Notes under the pieces: model-generated
What the model was told of the DNA's origin: nothing
Databases searched by the model: none
What the model saw: only the letters and a program-made list of their open reading frames with translations
Assembly (NCBI GenBank): GCA_028534125.1
Contig: CM052817.1
Span: forward strand, 62,932,001 to 62,996,000
DNA length: 64,000 nt
Direction: 5' to 3'
Source of the DNA: Lama glama
Taxonomy: Eukaryota
Position numbers and translations under genes: made by a program
Shown here: positions 1 to 13,092 of the stretch, in pieces
Layout: each line of letters starts with the position of its first letter
How positions within the stretch are numbered: the stretch's first letter is position 1

Positions 1-69
1 AAACAGAATTTATATTCTAATATATTATATTACTCATTTGTATGGTTTAGTGAGCATCTGTACAATCAA

Positions 70-168
70 AAGTTAAGCTTCATAAGAAAAGATATTTCTT
101 TCTCTTTTGCTCACCACTGTATCTGGTACATAGTAGGTTCATAATAAATATTGATGGATTGAATAAAT
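70..168 (+). mobile_element. L2 LINE 3' end remnant
   Basis: tttgctcaccactgtatctggtacatagtaggttcataataaatattgatggattgaataaa resembles the L2 terminal motif (ggcacatagtagg..caataaatatttgttgaatgaat). Confidence 0.55.
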
Positions 169-1199
169 TCAGCACAAAAGGTAAGGAAATTTTAATTGAC
201 AATCTTCAACCCATAGATATGTTGATACATTGTTTATTTTCCTTCAAGATTTTTTTGTGCTCCATGAGCATAAAACCCAAAGAAATCTTGATTTTAAAAA
301 AATCTATCTTATTGCCCTTAGGTAAATATATTTTAATACATTGTGAAGAATGTTCAACACTACAGATAGAGTAAGTTCTGTATAGATGGAAGAACTTCTA
401 AAAGAAACTAAATAAAATATGAAGAATTTACAAATTCATTCTCATATTGGCTTTGAAATTATCTGTATGCTTTTCTCTGTACTAGGAGTACTAAATTAAG
501 GGAACAGTTGGTATAAACCCAGTCAGTGACTTCTAGGATTTAGTTTCCACTCCTGGCTTGCACAGATTCTAGGTAATGTATAGGCTGGATAACTTGTCAT
601 GAGGAAGCAATCTTGAAGTTCTTTAAAGTACAAAGGAATAATTGGTATTTTTACTCTGACCTTTCTTTCTGTCAGCACTACCACCACACAGTTTATATAT
701 AATTAGAAATTTAAGCAATAATTATATTGTCACACATACATTTGTAACCAGAAAAAAATGATAGTGATCTAAATTAATTCCACAAAATAGCATTTTTACA
801 TTTTCCCAACTTTTAAAATTATGTCAAACATGTTAGCACTTATATAGCAAAACATTTATAACAAGTGGTTAAATTTATGATAATACAATGAGACAAACAA
901 ATAAAATACTTCTTAAATAGAATTTTTGAAATTAACTGATAAAAAGTAATATGCATAATTAAAATAAAAGTATTAATAAAATTAAAAATATTTAAAACTA
1001 TTAATAAAATAGTGGTTTTAATCTATTAAAATAAAAGATAAAAATAAATGACAGGTACACTACTGACTGATGCAAGAATTGACATACAAAATATAACTAG
1101 TGGTACTTTGCCTATGTCTACCTAAAAATGGTAACTGGTTTGTGAGAAAAGGGAGAAAACTAGCACAATAACTGGACACATTAAGAAAAGTTGCTAGGA

Positions 1200-1880
1200 A
1201 TTCCACTTCCACCATGATGTAGTAATAGGAATCTGATTTACCCTCTTGCTTTAAAAAAAAATTAGGCAACTGCACAAAATACAGAAATAAGTTGTCGGCC
1301 ATTGGGCTAGAACTAATCCAAGAAAGTAATGTGTGAGAAAAGTAAACAGACAAGGTGGATGCTGGGGTTTCTTCAGGGTGAACCCACAGTGAAGAGATGG
1401 ATAATCCAGAGGTCTGGATTATTTGAAGAGACAAAGTAGAGTGTTTGGGGAAGGAAAGGTGGTTAAGATTTGTGGGACAAAATGCTAGAGAGATTTCTGG
1501 AGTTTATGGAGAGCTCTTCTCAAATTTTAGCAAAAGAAGAAAAAAAAATAGTGAATTTGAAGAACCAGTAACAGAATCTACTCCAGATAAAGCACACAGT
1601 GAAAGATGACTGAACAAAGTGAAGAGAGCATCAGTGAGATTTGGGGCAGTATCAAATGGAATCATGTGCCACTGGGGTACCCAAAGAGAAGAGAAAGAAG
1701 TGATGCCCAAAGAGCATGAAACATAAAAGAAAAGAATGTTAAATTAGACTTTACCAAAATTTAAAAAATCTGCTCTGTGAAAGATACTCTTGTGAGAATG
1801 AAAAGACAAGCCATAGACTGTGAGATGGTATTTTTGAATTTTATATATAAAATAAAGAACTTGCATCCAAAATATATAAA
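1200..1880 (+). mobile_element. Old L1M fragments (5'/ORF1-like and ORF2 3' pieces)
   Basis: ORF1-like gagagcatcagtgagatttggggcagtatcaaa; ORF2-like aaattagactttaccaaaatttaaaaaatctgctctgtgaaagatact..aatgaaaagacaagccatagactg; no intact ORF. Confidence 0.6.
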
Positions 1881-2279
1881 AAGATGAAGACTTAAGTATG
1901 AATCAGCATGTATAGAAATCAGAAGAAGCTAATTAAGCGAGGTAGTCACCTAACATTACATGTTTAATAGCTGTGCTGATTTGTGACACAGCTATATTCT
2001 AGACTGAGCCAGTCCTCCTCTTCCACATCTCAGGAAGACACTCCTCTCTCCTCTCTCTCCTCTCTAGGAAAGAGCCCTTTGTTCCTGGCAGGGAACAAAG
2101 GTACCCTCAAGCTCTGTAGGTCAGTCCTGCTGGATACCGCAAAATGCCACTGCCCGGCTATCCCTGTCTTCTTTCTGTGTAATGGGTCTTGAGAAGGTAG
2201 ACCCCCTAATTAATCCTGTACCCCAGCCCTTCCTCCCCCTTTTTTATGCCCAATGATTCCTAAACCAACACTTGTGGAA

Positions 2280-2621
2280 GTAAATGAAGAACAGAGTCTG
2301 CTAATAACTTGCATTTAAGGGGAGTCAGTCACCATCACTTGTATTTGGCAGAAACTTAAAAGAGTGAAGTGGGAGAGCCCTGTAGTAAAAAGAAGGAAGT
2401 CTTCCGCTATGTTCTGATGGCATGGGAAAACAGGGAATCATATGTGATTGGTTTGAAATATATTTGCTTCTCTCTGGTTGGTGTTGAGCTGGAAGTGGGT
2501 GCCACAGATAGGAAAGCTGGCATTCACTAAGCCCTGAGCTGACTTCTCCAGAGGTGGAGTAAGTGGTCTATTGTTATAGATGCTCTAAATACCATGCTTT
2601 TTGTACATTCAATCTCTCACA
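2280..2621 (-). mobile_element. ERV1-class solo LTR (MER67-like)
   Basis: Reverse strand starts TGTGAGAGATTGAATGTACA and contains CCAACCAGAGAGAAGCAAATAT, AAACCAATCACATA and CAAGTGATGGTGACTGACTCCC; family from recalled consensus. Confidence 0.55.
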
Positions 2622-4579
2622 CTAAAGACTTTTCACTTTTGGACAACTCCTTGGGAACTCAGAGTGATTTCCTTAAAGTTTTGTAACCAGATGGTTAGTC
2701 AATTAAAAAAATTACTGTATTGCAACCTAACAGCTGCCTTGGAGCATATGTATAACTTACTGAATAACAGATAGAGAAAAAAGGCAGAGTGTGGATGTAC
2801 TGATAATTACCTGTGGGGATATAATTTATATTTACTTTTTCAGGAATCTCCTTAATATGCTTATGTTTTTAAGTATAAAATTCATTTTAATTTGTTTCAG
2901 TAAGGCAGAAATAACTAACCTGAGACAAAAATACAGTTTTGTTTGTGTCAGAAGTAAAAGTGGAGCACCTTTTAACATAATGTATATCAAAATATCTAGA
3001 GTGCTGACATAGAAATTCTAGATACTCTATTCTAGATTGGAAAGTTAAAAAAGAAAAAAGTAGAAGTATATGCATAAATATTATGAATAAAGTATGATCA
3101 CAGACTTCCTTCCTATGCCACAGGACATAAAATATAGTCCATTTTTACTGTCTAATGAAAACTGGCATTTTTAATCATCTACTTATTGTTATATTATTTT
3201 ATATAAAATACACTACCAGCAACTAGAAATATGTAAGTCATCAATGACTTAAATTTCTATACATTTCTCTTTAAAGATAAAACAAGGCAACTTAAAATTT
3301 AAGTATGTGTGTGTTCATGTGTGTGTTTCCTCTTTGATCATAACGTGAAAATAGCCTGCTGAAAGACTTCATTTTAAATCTCCATGAAATAGACAATGGA
3401 AGAATGACATGAGTTCTCATTTTTCAGACTTTTGCATAAAAGCCTTAAAATTCATTGACAGTAGCAGTATCTTTCATTTCCCCAATCTAAAAGCAAAGTG
3501 CCATTTCTCAGTAAACATGCCTTTAGAGAACTCATATGTCTAAGTATATTTGATAGATAAATGAATAACATCAAAACTAATGCTCTGCTTAATGGATGTA
3601 CAACTTTTCCAGCATCCATTTATTTGTGTGTGAATGCACCATAAGTATAGATGGTCTTCTAGTCAATTATACTTCAGCTGAGCATGACATGAGGAGTACA
3701 CAAAAAAGCAGCCTCCTTGAGGAAGCAGTAATGGAGAACAATAGGACAGATAATCATGAGGGATTAGAACGTGGCCTCATAAATCTGCAGTGATGCTGAC
3801 AAGATTTCTTCTTTGAGAATGAGAAACCTTTCCTTCTACTCCTGCTGCGGGGTGAAAGATACTAGGCTAATGGGCTCATTCTCCAAAGCCATCATCCAAC
3901 CTAGGCATAATTTTCAAAAGAAATATTTCTATGTTGTTTTATATTCACAAAGTAATACTGTTTGATCTTAGTCCAAACTATTCTCATGGGATTTGAATAA
4001 ACTCTAAAATAAAAATTGTTGCTAATAATTTACAAAACTCATTTATACTACACTGGAAATTTACAACACTGTTTATAAAAATTTAGCCACAATTAGGCTA
4101 ACTCCTCAGCTCAGGGTGAACTTACTGATATATCTGTAGTCCAATGAACACATGCAACTCACTGGATTTGTGTTCAGAATAAACCTACTTTTACTCAGTT
4201 GCAAACAGTTAAAAATCTATTCTTGAATCTGAGTTTCTGAAGGGAGGAAAATATGAGAAGGAACCAATATTTTCTAGACTGCTATTAATTTATGCATTTT
4301 ACCTGGTTAATTCATACTATCATAATGATGACTAGCCAGTCATAGGGCCAGTTGGATCAGAGGTACATTAAATGAATGTGGGTAAAAGAAACACAGTCAA
4401 ATAATTTAATATCGACTTTTCATAGTATTCTTGGATTCCATACTCTGCCTTTTGAAAGTGTATTAAGTGAAATTAAGACATTAAAAATTTATTTAATTGT
4501 AACACTTTAACTGAACAACAGATTTCAAACTTTAATTTAACTGAAAACATTGTGTCCAGTCACAAATTATTCATAAAGA

Positions 4580-4813
4580 ATTGATCATAAAGCCTATAGA
4601 GACAGAAAGTAGATCTGTCGTGATACAGGGCTTGGGACAGGATAGGAAGTAACTATACAGGGGGCACAAAGGTTTCTCTTTTGCAGTGATGGAAATGCTT
4701 AAAAATACATTTTGGTGATGTTTGCACAAAGCTGTTAATGTACTAAAAATCACTGAACTTTACACTTAAAATGAATCAATTATATCTTAATGAAGCTGTT
4801 AATAAAAAAAAAA
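4580..4813 (+). mobile_element. L1MB-type 3' UTR fragment with A tail
   Basis: tatagagacagaaagtagat..ggtgatgtttgcacaaagctgttaatgtactaaaaatcactgaactttacacttaaaatg..aataaaaaaaaaaa. Confidence 0.75.
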
Positions 4814-7800
4814 ACAGCATTTTAACAAAGACATCCTGTAAAGGGCTTTGTTGCCACTGAGTTCTTCTAATAGCATGTATTACTTTTCAATCTCATGCCT
4901 GGTAAAGGGTTTTCGTGGATCTACAGGGATTGACAGGTTAATATAAAAGGGATTTAAATGAGAACCCCTATTCAGTACACTTGAAGAACAGTAACACATC
5001 TCTTCAATTTTCAAAAGATATTGAAAAGTTTTGGATGATCTGGTACTGAATAACGATGCCAAAATATGGAGGTTTTGTAAGTCTTCATGCTAATTCAAAC
5101 TCTAGCCAGTGCTGAGAAGCATTGATTCTACATATTCTGTGATATATAGAAGAATACTATATACCAGTATTCTGTGGTATATATAATATTTTATTGTACA
5201 CTATATGCCATAGTCTGTGGCATATTACATTCTGTTCTATATAAAAGTATACTACATTTGCAAACAACAGAAAGCATCTGAGCCCAAGGTTTATCAGCAT
5301 TATAATTCAACTCTTAATATGTAATTTAAATAAAAATAACATCATTTAACATTTCAAAAGTTTTATAAAAATTTGTAAACAGCTGATATTACAGGAGAAA
5401 GCCGTATTGACTATTTCAATGTAAAGTCACAGAGTGAAGTTTAAAAAGCTGATTAGTAATCCTCATCTTAAAGAAACAGAGTATTCAGAAATGTGTGGAA
5501 TTCTCAATGTATACTGAAAGTAATATTTTTCCCTTTAGCTGTGTTACGTTTCACCAAAATAACACACACAGACACACACACACAGAGCTTATAAAGCCAG
5601 TGGTACACAAGGACTTAAAAAGGAAAGCAACACTCCCATTTGCCCCTCTGCTCCTGGCTCCACACACACAACTTTTTTTAAAAACAATTATCTGTAACTA
5701 TTACTGAGTTGCTTACTTTCACAACTCTCCATTATATGCTTATGACATATTAACTGTGGATATTGTCTGTTGACTTTTGCCATGATGTGTGAGGATTTAG
5801 CATTTCAAGACTATGGTAACAGTGTCTCTTTCACATTCACCCTTGTTTTCACTGTCATTCACTATCACTAAGATTTTGGAAGAAAGAAAAAAATTACATA
5901 TTCTCAGTCCATCTGACTGAGATAAAATCTTAAGTACAAGTGTCTTTTTCATAAAGGCTTCTTCATTTCACCAAGCCATCTATTTAACGTGCCTTCTCTC
6001 TGCTGATTCACCACTTATTGATGTCCAAGAGGAGTTCTTCAGTTATGGTTTATACTAGTCTTCCTTTCACGTCTCCACATACCCAACCATAAATCTTAGA
6101 CATTTTTCCTCCTTTAAGTCTTTTAACTTTTCCCTTTTAGGTTTATGTATCTTATCTATCTAGTTCACATTTGTGTAATCTTAGTATAACAATAAATAAA
6201 TTAGACCTAACTTACCCCTAGACAGTTCTAATAATGCCTGGCAAAAATATGATATCATAAGTAGATACTTCACAAGATATTACTCACTGACTGAATTTAA
6301 TTAAATAAACACCTGAAATCAAACAAGTGTGAAACTACAGAAATAACATTTATCGAGAAATCAGATTGATCCTGCATCCATTAACCTTAAAATGGATGTA
6401 GGTCTTATAATATATAATTCTAATTTTTCAGTACAGCACTAAATGTCTATATTTATCCTATTTTGTTCATTGTGGTGATATGTCCCCTTCACCTTAGAAA
6501 GTGGATGGGCTTTCACTGTGCCGTATTCTGTACTAGTCACTTCCCAGTATATTCAAATGCATTAGAATAATTTGGGAGTAAAGTAAATTACAGCTGTAAA
6601 AGTCTTAAGAAACTGTTAGGCTGTATTTAAATCCCACATAGCCTTATATGAAACAAACTTTTAGAACTACATCTTCCTTTTCTCATTTAGCATATATAAT
6701 CAGTTATCGAAACACTTTTATGAGGCCACCAATCAGCATTACTTAGTGCATAAATGGAGATGGGAAGAAAGAAAAAAAGTAGTACTCAGAAAAAGTGGGC
6801 AGATTATTTGTGAAACGGCATCCCTCCCTCTGTTACATTTGCATACAAATTGATCTGGAAATCCATCAGCTGACTCCATTAATGAGGTCAAGAACAACAT
6901 GCAGACTTAATCAAACGTTGCTATGGTGTTTGTTGGTTAACTGTCTCTGGGGATGAAAATTCCAAAATATGAAATATTACTTTCTATCACATTTCCTTTC
7001 TTTCTGGAATAACTTCTACCCTATAAGATCATAATTAAATTTCCTTTAGCAGTTCCCTCACTTTTCATTTTTACTCCAAAACTATTGATGTGTGTCATAC
7101 TTGTCACTTTAATTGAACTTTGAGGCATAACTGACATGTAGTGGAATTTGGAATGACAGTATAACATGAATGCATTATTTCAGAAGTTTGAGCAAAATAT
7201 CTGAGCATTTGAACTGAAATTCTTGCTAAGGAAATAGAGAGGAAATGTGAATGCATTAATTTCTTTTCTCACTTTTTCATCTTTTTCTATGAATTTGTGT
7301 CACAGATATTCTTTATTTGAAGACACTGTCAAATCATATTCTGTAATATGACAATTAATAAAAAATCATATTCTACAATTTTCTTATTAGGTAACATTTT
7401 AAAATATTGCTTTATGTAGTTCAAACAGTATTTAAGTGACTTAGCACACATATTTACATAATGAGCAATGCTGTTCAGTGAACAAAAAGCTTTGGTAAAG
7501 ATGCCCCCATACTGTGCCTATTAGCTTTTTCTTTCTGACCCTAACACTTCTCTGTCAATGTTGTGGGGGATTTTTGCCATAAATTTTGATAATGAAACTT
7601 GCTACACTTTCTAACAAGGTTTCATTCTATGGATAAAAAGGTGAATATGTGATAAAATGTAATTTGCTCTTAGCAATCCTGACTATTCTTTAAGCAAGGT
7701 GCTACTGTTGAATAAGATACGGAAGACTAGATAAATGCATCCTTGGCCCATTTTTTAATATTCCTGCTCTCTCCATACTCAGCTGCTACTTTATCTTACT

Positions 7801-8478
7801 TTGTAAATATAAGGTTTATTTATTAAATTTTCAGTGAGCAGAAGAATATGATCCGAATCTGGTTTTCCAGAAATACTAAATGCTATGAATACTTATAAAT
7901 ATTAAAATTCATTTTAAAAAATTTTCTGAATTTTATATACATTCAAATTGTGTTTCTAAACTTGAACCAGTAGCCAGAGACACCACTTTATCTCTCCATT
8001 AGTTTCCTGTTTCTCCCAAACTTCTTCTGATTAAGTTACTAAAGGAGAAGGAAGTGTCACATTATTTGTAATCATGATTCTATTAGAAGTACTTGAAATT
8101 CATTTGGAAGAGACTAATAGTAACAGTGATGAAGATATCAATGTGCTTTACAAACATCTGTGTTTTCCATTCAGTACTCTCTAAGGTATTTATTTAATTA
8201 AACTTCTCAAAGCTAGAACTGCGTTGAGAAATTTTTTTTGGTCTATTTCACATATAATTACTAGAAAATAAAATATTTGTTGATGTGATAAGAGTTCCAG
8301 TTGGAAGTTATATGAAATCATGTGTTACTAATATATGAACAAACAACAGAAAAAAAATAGGCCCCTGTATGGGGCTATCCTGTGTAATAGCTGTATCACA
8401 ATTAATGGACATGAATTGCCCATTAAATATCAATCTGTGGCAGATATTATTACTCCACATTACAATATCCTCATTCTC

Positions 8479-9060
8479 TGAAGTGTAACATAATATGCCA
8501 CCCCACAATATGACTGTGGGAGTTCAGAACATGCCACCCTAAAAGATGCTGCTTTAGTTACATTGATTATTTTGAACTGTAGGCACTTGCAATCAGCAGA
8601 GGCAGGGAGAGGCTTTCTCTGAACTTTCCTTATCTGTCTAAACACACTCCAAGAGGAATTCAGTAGCCATCAATCCCCTTCCTAGGAGTTTCATCAACCA
8701 GGGAATATTGACTCTTATCACAGAAGAGGAAGCTAGAAGTCGACATCACAACTCAACAAACTGTCACTAGCTATCATATCTCCCATCTGTTCTTCTAGGG
8801 GCCCATTCATCTTTCCTTTAAATCATTTACTCTTTGCTAAGAGGCACACATACCCCCTTCCCTTTCCTATTAAGATGGTATGTAAGTCTAAATTTAATCC
8901 TCTGCAGGAGGTTACTCATTTTCCCCTGGTTATCGCCAAAGTATAAATGAGATATGCATGTTAATAAACTTGCTTTTCTCTTGTTAATCAATCTTTTGTT
9001 ATGGGAGTTTCAGCTAAGAACTCAGAAATAGAGAGAGAAATTTATTTTTCCTCCCCTATA
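8479..9060 (+). mobile_element. ERV1 solo LTR, MER34-like
   Basis: Starts TGAAG with duplicated aatatgccacccc/aacatgccaccct motif; polyA signal gttaataaacttg; ends tttttcctcccctata; flanks tctc/cctc resemble a 4-bp TSD. Confidence 0.8.
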
Positions 9061-9199
9061 CCTCCTTCAGTGTGATTAACTATTATGAAGAAAAGACAAA
9101 CCACAGTCTGGTTATATCCTCAAAGGCTGATAAAGCACAGCCATGGCTGGAAGACTGAACGGACAGCTATATGAATGGTATTCAGTACTGTTGCCTATG

Positions 9200-9258
9200 G
9201 GAATGGTGCCTACTGAGGCTGTGCAGTGCACAACGGGCACAACCATATGTGGCAGCCC
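9200..9258 (-). mobile_element. MER91-like hAT MITE fragment
   Basis: gctgtgcagtgcacaacgggcacaaccatatgtggcagccc resembles the reverse of the MER91 terminus. Confidence 0.45.
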
Positions 9259-9274
9259 AAAGCATGATGACATT

Positions 9275-9750
9275 ATCTATCTGGGGAGAATTTTACAGTT
9301 AGCCTTTCGGGATCATTCTCTGCCTTATGATTTTGCTCCAGGAGGCTGACATTGATGAATGTCATTTTCAGAATCTCATGCTTTTTAGCTTCTGAAGAAG
9401 GGCACTAGCAGCTGTCTGGAGTATCATGGTAGAGAAAAGTTAAGGTGCTCATTTTTCCTCTCTCTCTTTCTGTTGGGATGCTGTTTTATCAGTCATTCTG
9501 TTGTCCTTTCTGTTGGCACAGCTAGAATTGCGTAGTCCAATTCTCTGGGATCTGGTAACACTCCTTCTTTGCCTTGACCCTTCAAGCCTAGGAGTATTAA
9601 TATTTCCGTTGTTATAAGCCTTTGGGTGCTTTAAGATCTCTTCTTGGTTCCATTAAGCCTCTTATCACTTCTGTCAATCGTCCTTTTTCTCTATATTCTT
9701 CACCAAACATTTTGAGTGTGCTATTCCCTGATCTGACCTAGATTTTTACA
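9275..9750 (+). mobile_element. ERVL solo LTR, LTR33-like
   Basis: ggtaacactccttctttgccttgacccttcaagcctaggagt..tttgagtgtgctattccctg resembles the LTR33 3' half. Confidence 0.5.
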
Positions 9751-10019
9751 CATTATTTTAAATCAGTACCTTGGAGAAATAATTTATAGAGACATTTCTC
9801 TAAATGAAAAGAGAGGAATTTCATAATATATTGTAAAGGCTTGAAAACAGGATGCTACTTTTAAAAATAAACAGACTGTGTTGCAATGGCGGCAGACTCC
9901 AACATGATACATTTAATAAGGAATGAATAAGGAGACACATCCTGTTGAAAATGAGCACAAAAAGCAGAGAACTGACACATAAGCCTTTGTTCCAAAAGAG
10001 ACTCAAAGATTATGAAACT

Positions 10020-10860
10020 AGATGCCCACCTGCTATGCTCCGAAGCCACGGTATGTGCACTTGCTTAGTCATCTCATTTAGCTACACAGACAATTTCCCA
10101 TTCCCTTTCAGCTCTATGTTCACTAAAAACAGAAAGCAGAATTGCCAAGAATACAGGCAAAAGTGGTGGTCATTTACTGGATACCTCCGGCTCAGTGAAA
10201 TGAAATGCGTGTTAGGGGGATGGGGAGAAGGCACACTGCGATGTTTGCTGAAGACCAGGCTTCACACAGACCGGTAAATTCGGATGCCCGCTTCTCACCA
10301 CACAGGGTATTCTTTAGTGTACAGACATAGTGGGTTCTATAAATTCAGCATTTTGTGGCAAAAGTGATATTTAAAGATGCTACACGCAACTATAATTTCC
10401 ATTTCTGTATAGGACAATGTTTGAAAAAGTCATACAAGCACAGTCGTTTCTAACCGACACGGAATATTCTTTCATTTGCAGTTGCTATCCAACTGAGGAG
10501 TTGGATTAGGTTTGCTCTTCTTCATTTCATAGCTTCTCTGCTGCCAGCACCTAAGGCTCTGACCATTCCTTACTTCCGTACTCAGGCTACTTCTGCCGGC
10601 AACCCAAACCTGCAGCAGCTGTCTGTCGGAAAACCTGTGACTAGCTTACTTGGCTCACCAAAAAGAAACCCCTGCTGCCTTCCTTTCTGTCAACACAACC
10701 AGCCCAACTCTGCTTCAGTATTGATAGGCTGCTATTCAGTCCACACTCTGGCTGCTTAAAGATAAGTTCCATAAACATGCTGCTCTCATCACTGCCCATT
10801 GCTCTGTCTAATCTTTCCAGTGTCAGCTTAGCAGTCACTACTCTGAGAAATCTGCCTTGA
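10020..10860. promoter_or_regulatory. Unique CpG-retaining block; candidate promoter or first exon with three minus-strand splice donors
   Basis: About 15 CpGs in 10040-10630 against a sparse background; minus donors TTG|GTGAGC (GT 10658-10657), CAA|GTAAGC (10649-10648), GAA|GTAAGG (10573-10572); ETS-like CGGAAGT. Confidence 0.35.
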
Positions 10861-10905
10861 ACTTTCAGAACTGGTTAAGAGTCTCTCTCCCTCCCTCCCT
10901 CTCTC

Positions 10906-11156
10906 TTTATTTTTATTAAGGTATAATTGACACACAACATTATATTAGTTTCAGGTGGACAACATAATGCTTTGATATTTGTATACATTGTGAAATGATT
11001 GTCACAGTAAGTTTGGTTAACACCTGTCATCTTACCTGTCACCTTACATAGTTACACATTTTTTTCTTGGGATGAGGAATTTTAAGATCTATTCTCTCAG
11101 CACCTTTCAAATATGCAACACAGTATTTAACTATAGTCACAATGCTGTACATTACG
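10906..11156 (-). mobile_element. L1 3' end (laurasiatherian L1MA-type)
   Basis: ttttattaaggtataattgacacacaacattatattagtttcagg..ttaagatctattctctcagcacctttcaaatatgcaacacagtatttaactatagtcacaatgctgtacatta. Confidence 0.8.
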
Positions 11157-11609
11157 TACTCTCTGTCTTTTACATATGCACCCTCTCCCTCCACACACAC
11201 ACAAACACAAATACGCCTCTGAGCCCCATCAGGCCTGACCTATGGGGTAGGGTTAGGGTCTCCAAAAGCAACCCGCCACAGTTCTTCTATCATATTAAAT
11301 CATATCACATTATCACATAAACGCTAACTGTCCTTCACTCTAGTACAATTGCAAGTTCCCTGAACTCAGTATCCTGCTAACTTCTTTGCATTTTAATCCC
11401 CAATGCCTTCTCAACTCACATATTTATTTAACCTGAAATCTGAATCTCAGAGGAAAATAAGTTAAAGTTTTTTTTTAAACAGTGAAAGAGTAATTTCCCT
11501 TTCAATCAGAAATAGCGAAACTTTTAATTGTTTGGTGGAAAGAACCCTTTTATCTTCTCAGTACAGTTTTACTCACATTAATATCATAGCTAACGATACT
11601 TACAATACA

Positions 11610-11765
11610 ATGAGCATAATGTAAAGATTGGACTAAAACTCCAAAGATCTAAGACCTGGACTTTCTACATTTTTAATCCTAATTAGTTGACTGTATGACC
11701 CTCAGTGATTCTCTTTAATTCTTCCGGACTTGCATCTTCCCAACTGAAGACTGAGTAGGGGTGAG
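11610..11765 (+). mobile_element. MIR SINE remnant
   Basis: agacctggactttcta..gactgtatgaccctcagtgattctctttaattcttccggacttgcatcttccc resembles a degenerate MIR core. Confidence 0.4.
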
Positions 11766-11790
11766 CAAGACTAGTGGTTATTACTGGTGC

Positions 11791-12296
11791 TGCATTAGTT
11801 TCCTGAGGATACTAACAAATTACCAAAAACTTGGTGCCTTAGAAGAACAGAAATGCATTTTTGTATAATTCTGAAGGCCAGAATTCCTCAGTGAGTTTCA
11901 CTGGGCCAAAGTCAAGGTATCAGCAGGACCTCACTCCATCTGGAGGCTCTAGGGGAGAATCTATTCCTTGGGTCTTCCAGCAGCCAGTGGGTGCCAGCCT
12001 TCCTTGACTTTTGGCTGCATGACTCCAATCTTCAAGACCAGCATCTTTAAATTTCTCTCTGCTACATCTTCACATCTTATCCTCTGTGAGTCAAATCTCC
12101 CTCTGCCTCTCTCTAATAAAGATACATGTGATATATTTAGGGTCCACTTGCAAACTCCAGGATAATCTCCCCATCTCAAGATCCTTAACTGAATCATAAC
12201 TGCAAAGAACCTTTTTCCAAATAAGGTAACTTTTACAAGTTTCAGGGATTTGGACCTGGTATCATTGGAGGTGGGGGCATTTTGTAGCCTGTCCCA
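11791..12296 (-). mobile_element. MaLR solo LTR, MLT1D-like
   Basis: tctggaggctctaggggagaatctattccttg, caggataatctccccatctcaagatccttaactgaatc, aaataaggtaac; explains the ORFs at 11961-12197. Confidence 0.85.
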
Positions 12297-12334
12297 GTAG
12301 GATTATTTGTTGTTGCTGCCACTGCTGCTGCTGC

Positions 12335-12825
12335 TACCATTCTGGTGATGAATCTGGGTGGGATAGTGACTAACAGAGAGCAACAGAAATAACACTACAC
12401 GAATTCCAAGGCTAGGTCAGAGGAAGCCTTGATGCTTCCATCTTGGCATCTTAGAGTGCTTAATCTCAAAAAGTTCTCTCTAGAGAATGCTTCCTTGCAG
12501 AACTCAGTCTAGAGAATGCTTCCTTGCAGAACCCAAACCACCACACTGTGAGTCACACAAAAAGGCCATATACAGATGCCTCCACTGACAGAGCCATCCA
12601 ACCCAGGCTTTGTCATCCCATCCCAGATGCCAGCCATGTGATTGAAGAAATCCTTGGATAACTCTAGACTCTAGCCTTTTGACTCAACCTCAGATGTTGA
12701 GTCTTCCCAAGTGAGGGCTCAGATGCAGAGAAGCACAGTCAAGTCATATTTGCAATGTCCTATACTAATTCTTTACTTTGAGAATCCATGAGTATAATAA
12801 ATGGTTGCTGTTTTAAACAGTAAGT
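12335..12825 (+). mobile_element. MaLR solo LTR, MLT1G/H-like
   Basis: ttccaaggctaggtcagaggaagccttgatgcttccatcttgg..gagtcttcccaagtgagggctcagat..gaatccatgagtataataaatggttgctgttttaa. Confidence 0.65.
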
Positions 12826-13092
12826 TGTATTAGAGTTGTCCAGAGAAAAAGAAACAATAGATATAATTATAGGACAAGATACATTATAAAGAATTGTGTC
12901 ATACAATTATGGAAGATGTGAGCCAGCTGTGTTATTTGGTCAGAGTCCAAAGACCTAAAAATCAGGTTAAGTCAATGGTATAGGTACCAGTTCAGGGCTG
13001 AAGGCCTCAGAACCAGGAGCACAAAAGGGCAAGAAGAGATCAATGTCCCAGCTTAAGCAATCAAGCAGGAAGGGCTTAATCCTTCCTGTCTC
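12826..13092 (-). mobile_element. ERVL LTR, MLT2-like (partial)
   Basis: tgtattagagttgtccagagaaaaagaaacaatag..gaaggcctcagaaccaggagcac..gatcaatgtcccagcttaagcaatcaagcag. Confidence 0.65.

Noticed and set aside
1060..1434. 124-aa minus-strand ORF
   Set aside because: Antisense to degenerate L1 sequence, non-ATG start, no recognisable homology.
2076..2101. Perfect 10-bp hairpin CCTTTGTTCC-tggcag-GGAACAAAGG
   Set aside because: Too short for a pre-miRNA; an isolated stem of this size is plausible by chance.
5130..5226. Small AT-rich inverted repeats (tatatacca..tggtatata; atatgcca..tggcatat)
   Set aside because: Low-complexity TA-rich sequence; no MITE or RNA structure can be supported.
9945..10277. 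110-aa plus-strand ORF with an internal ACG|GTATGT donor-like site
   Set aside because: No recognisable protein; better treated as part of a regulatory block.
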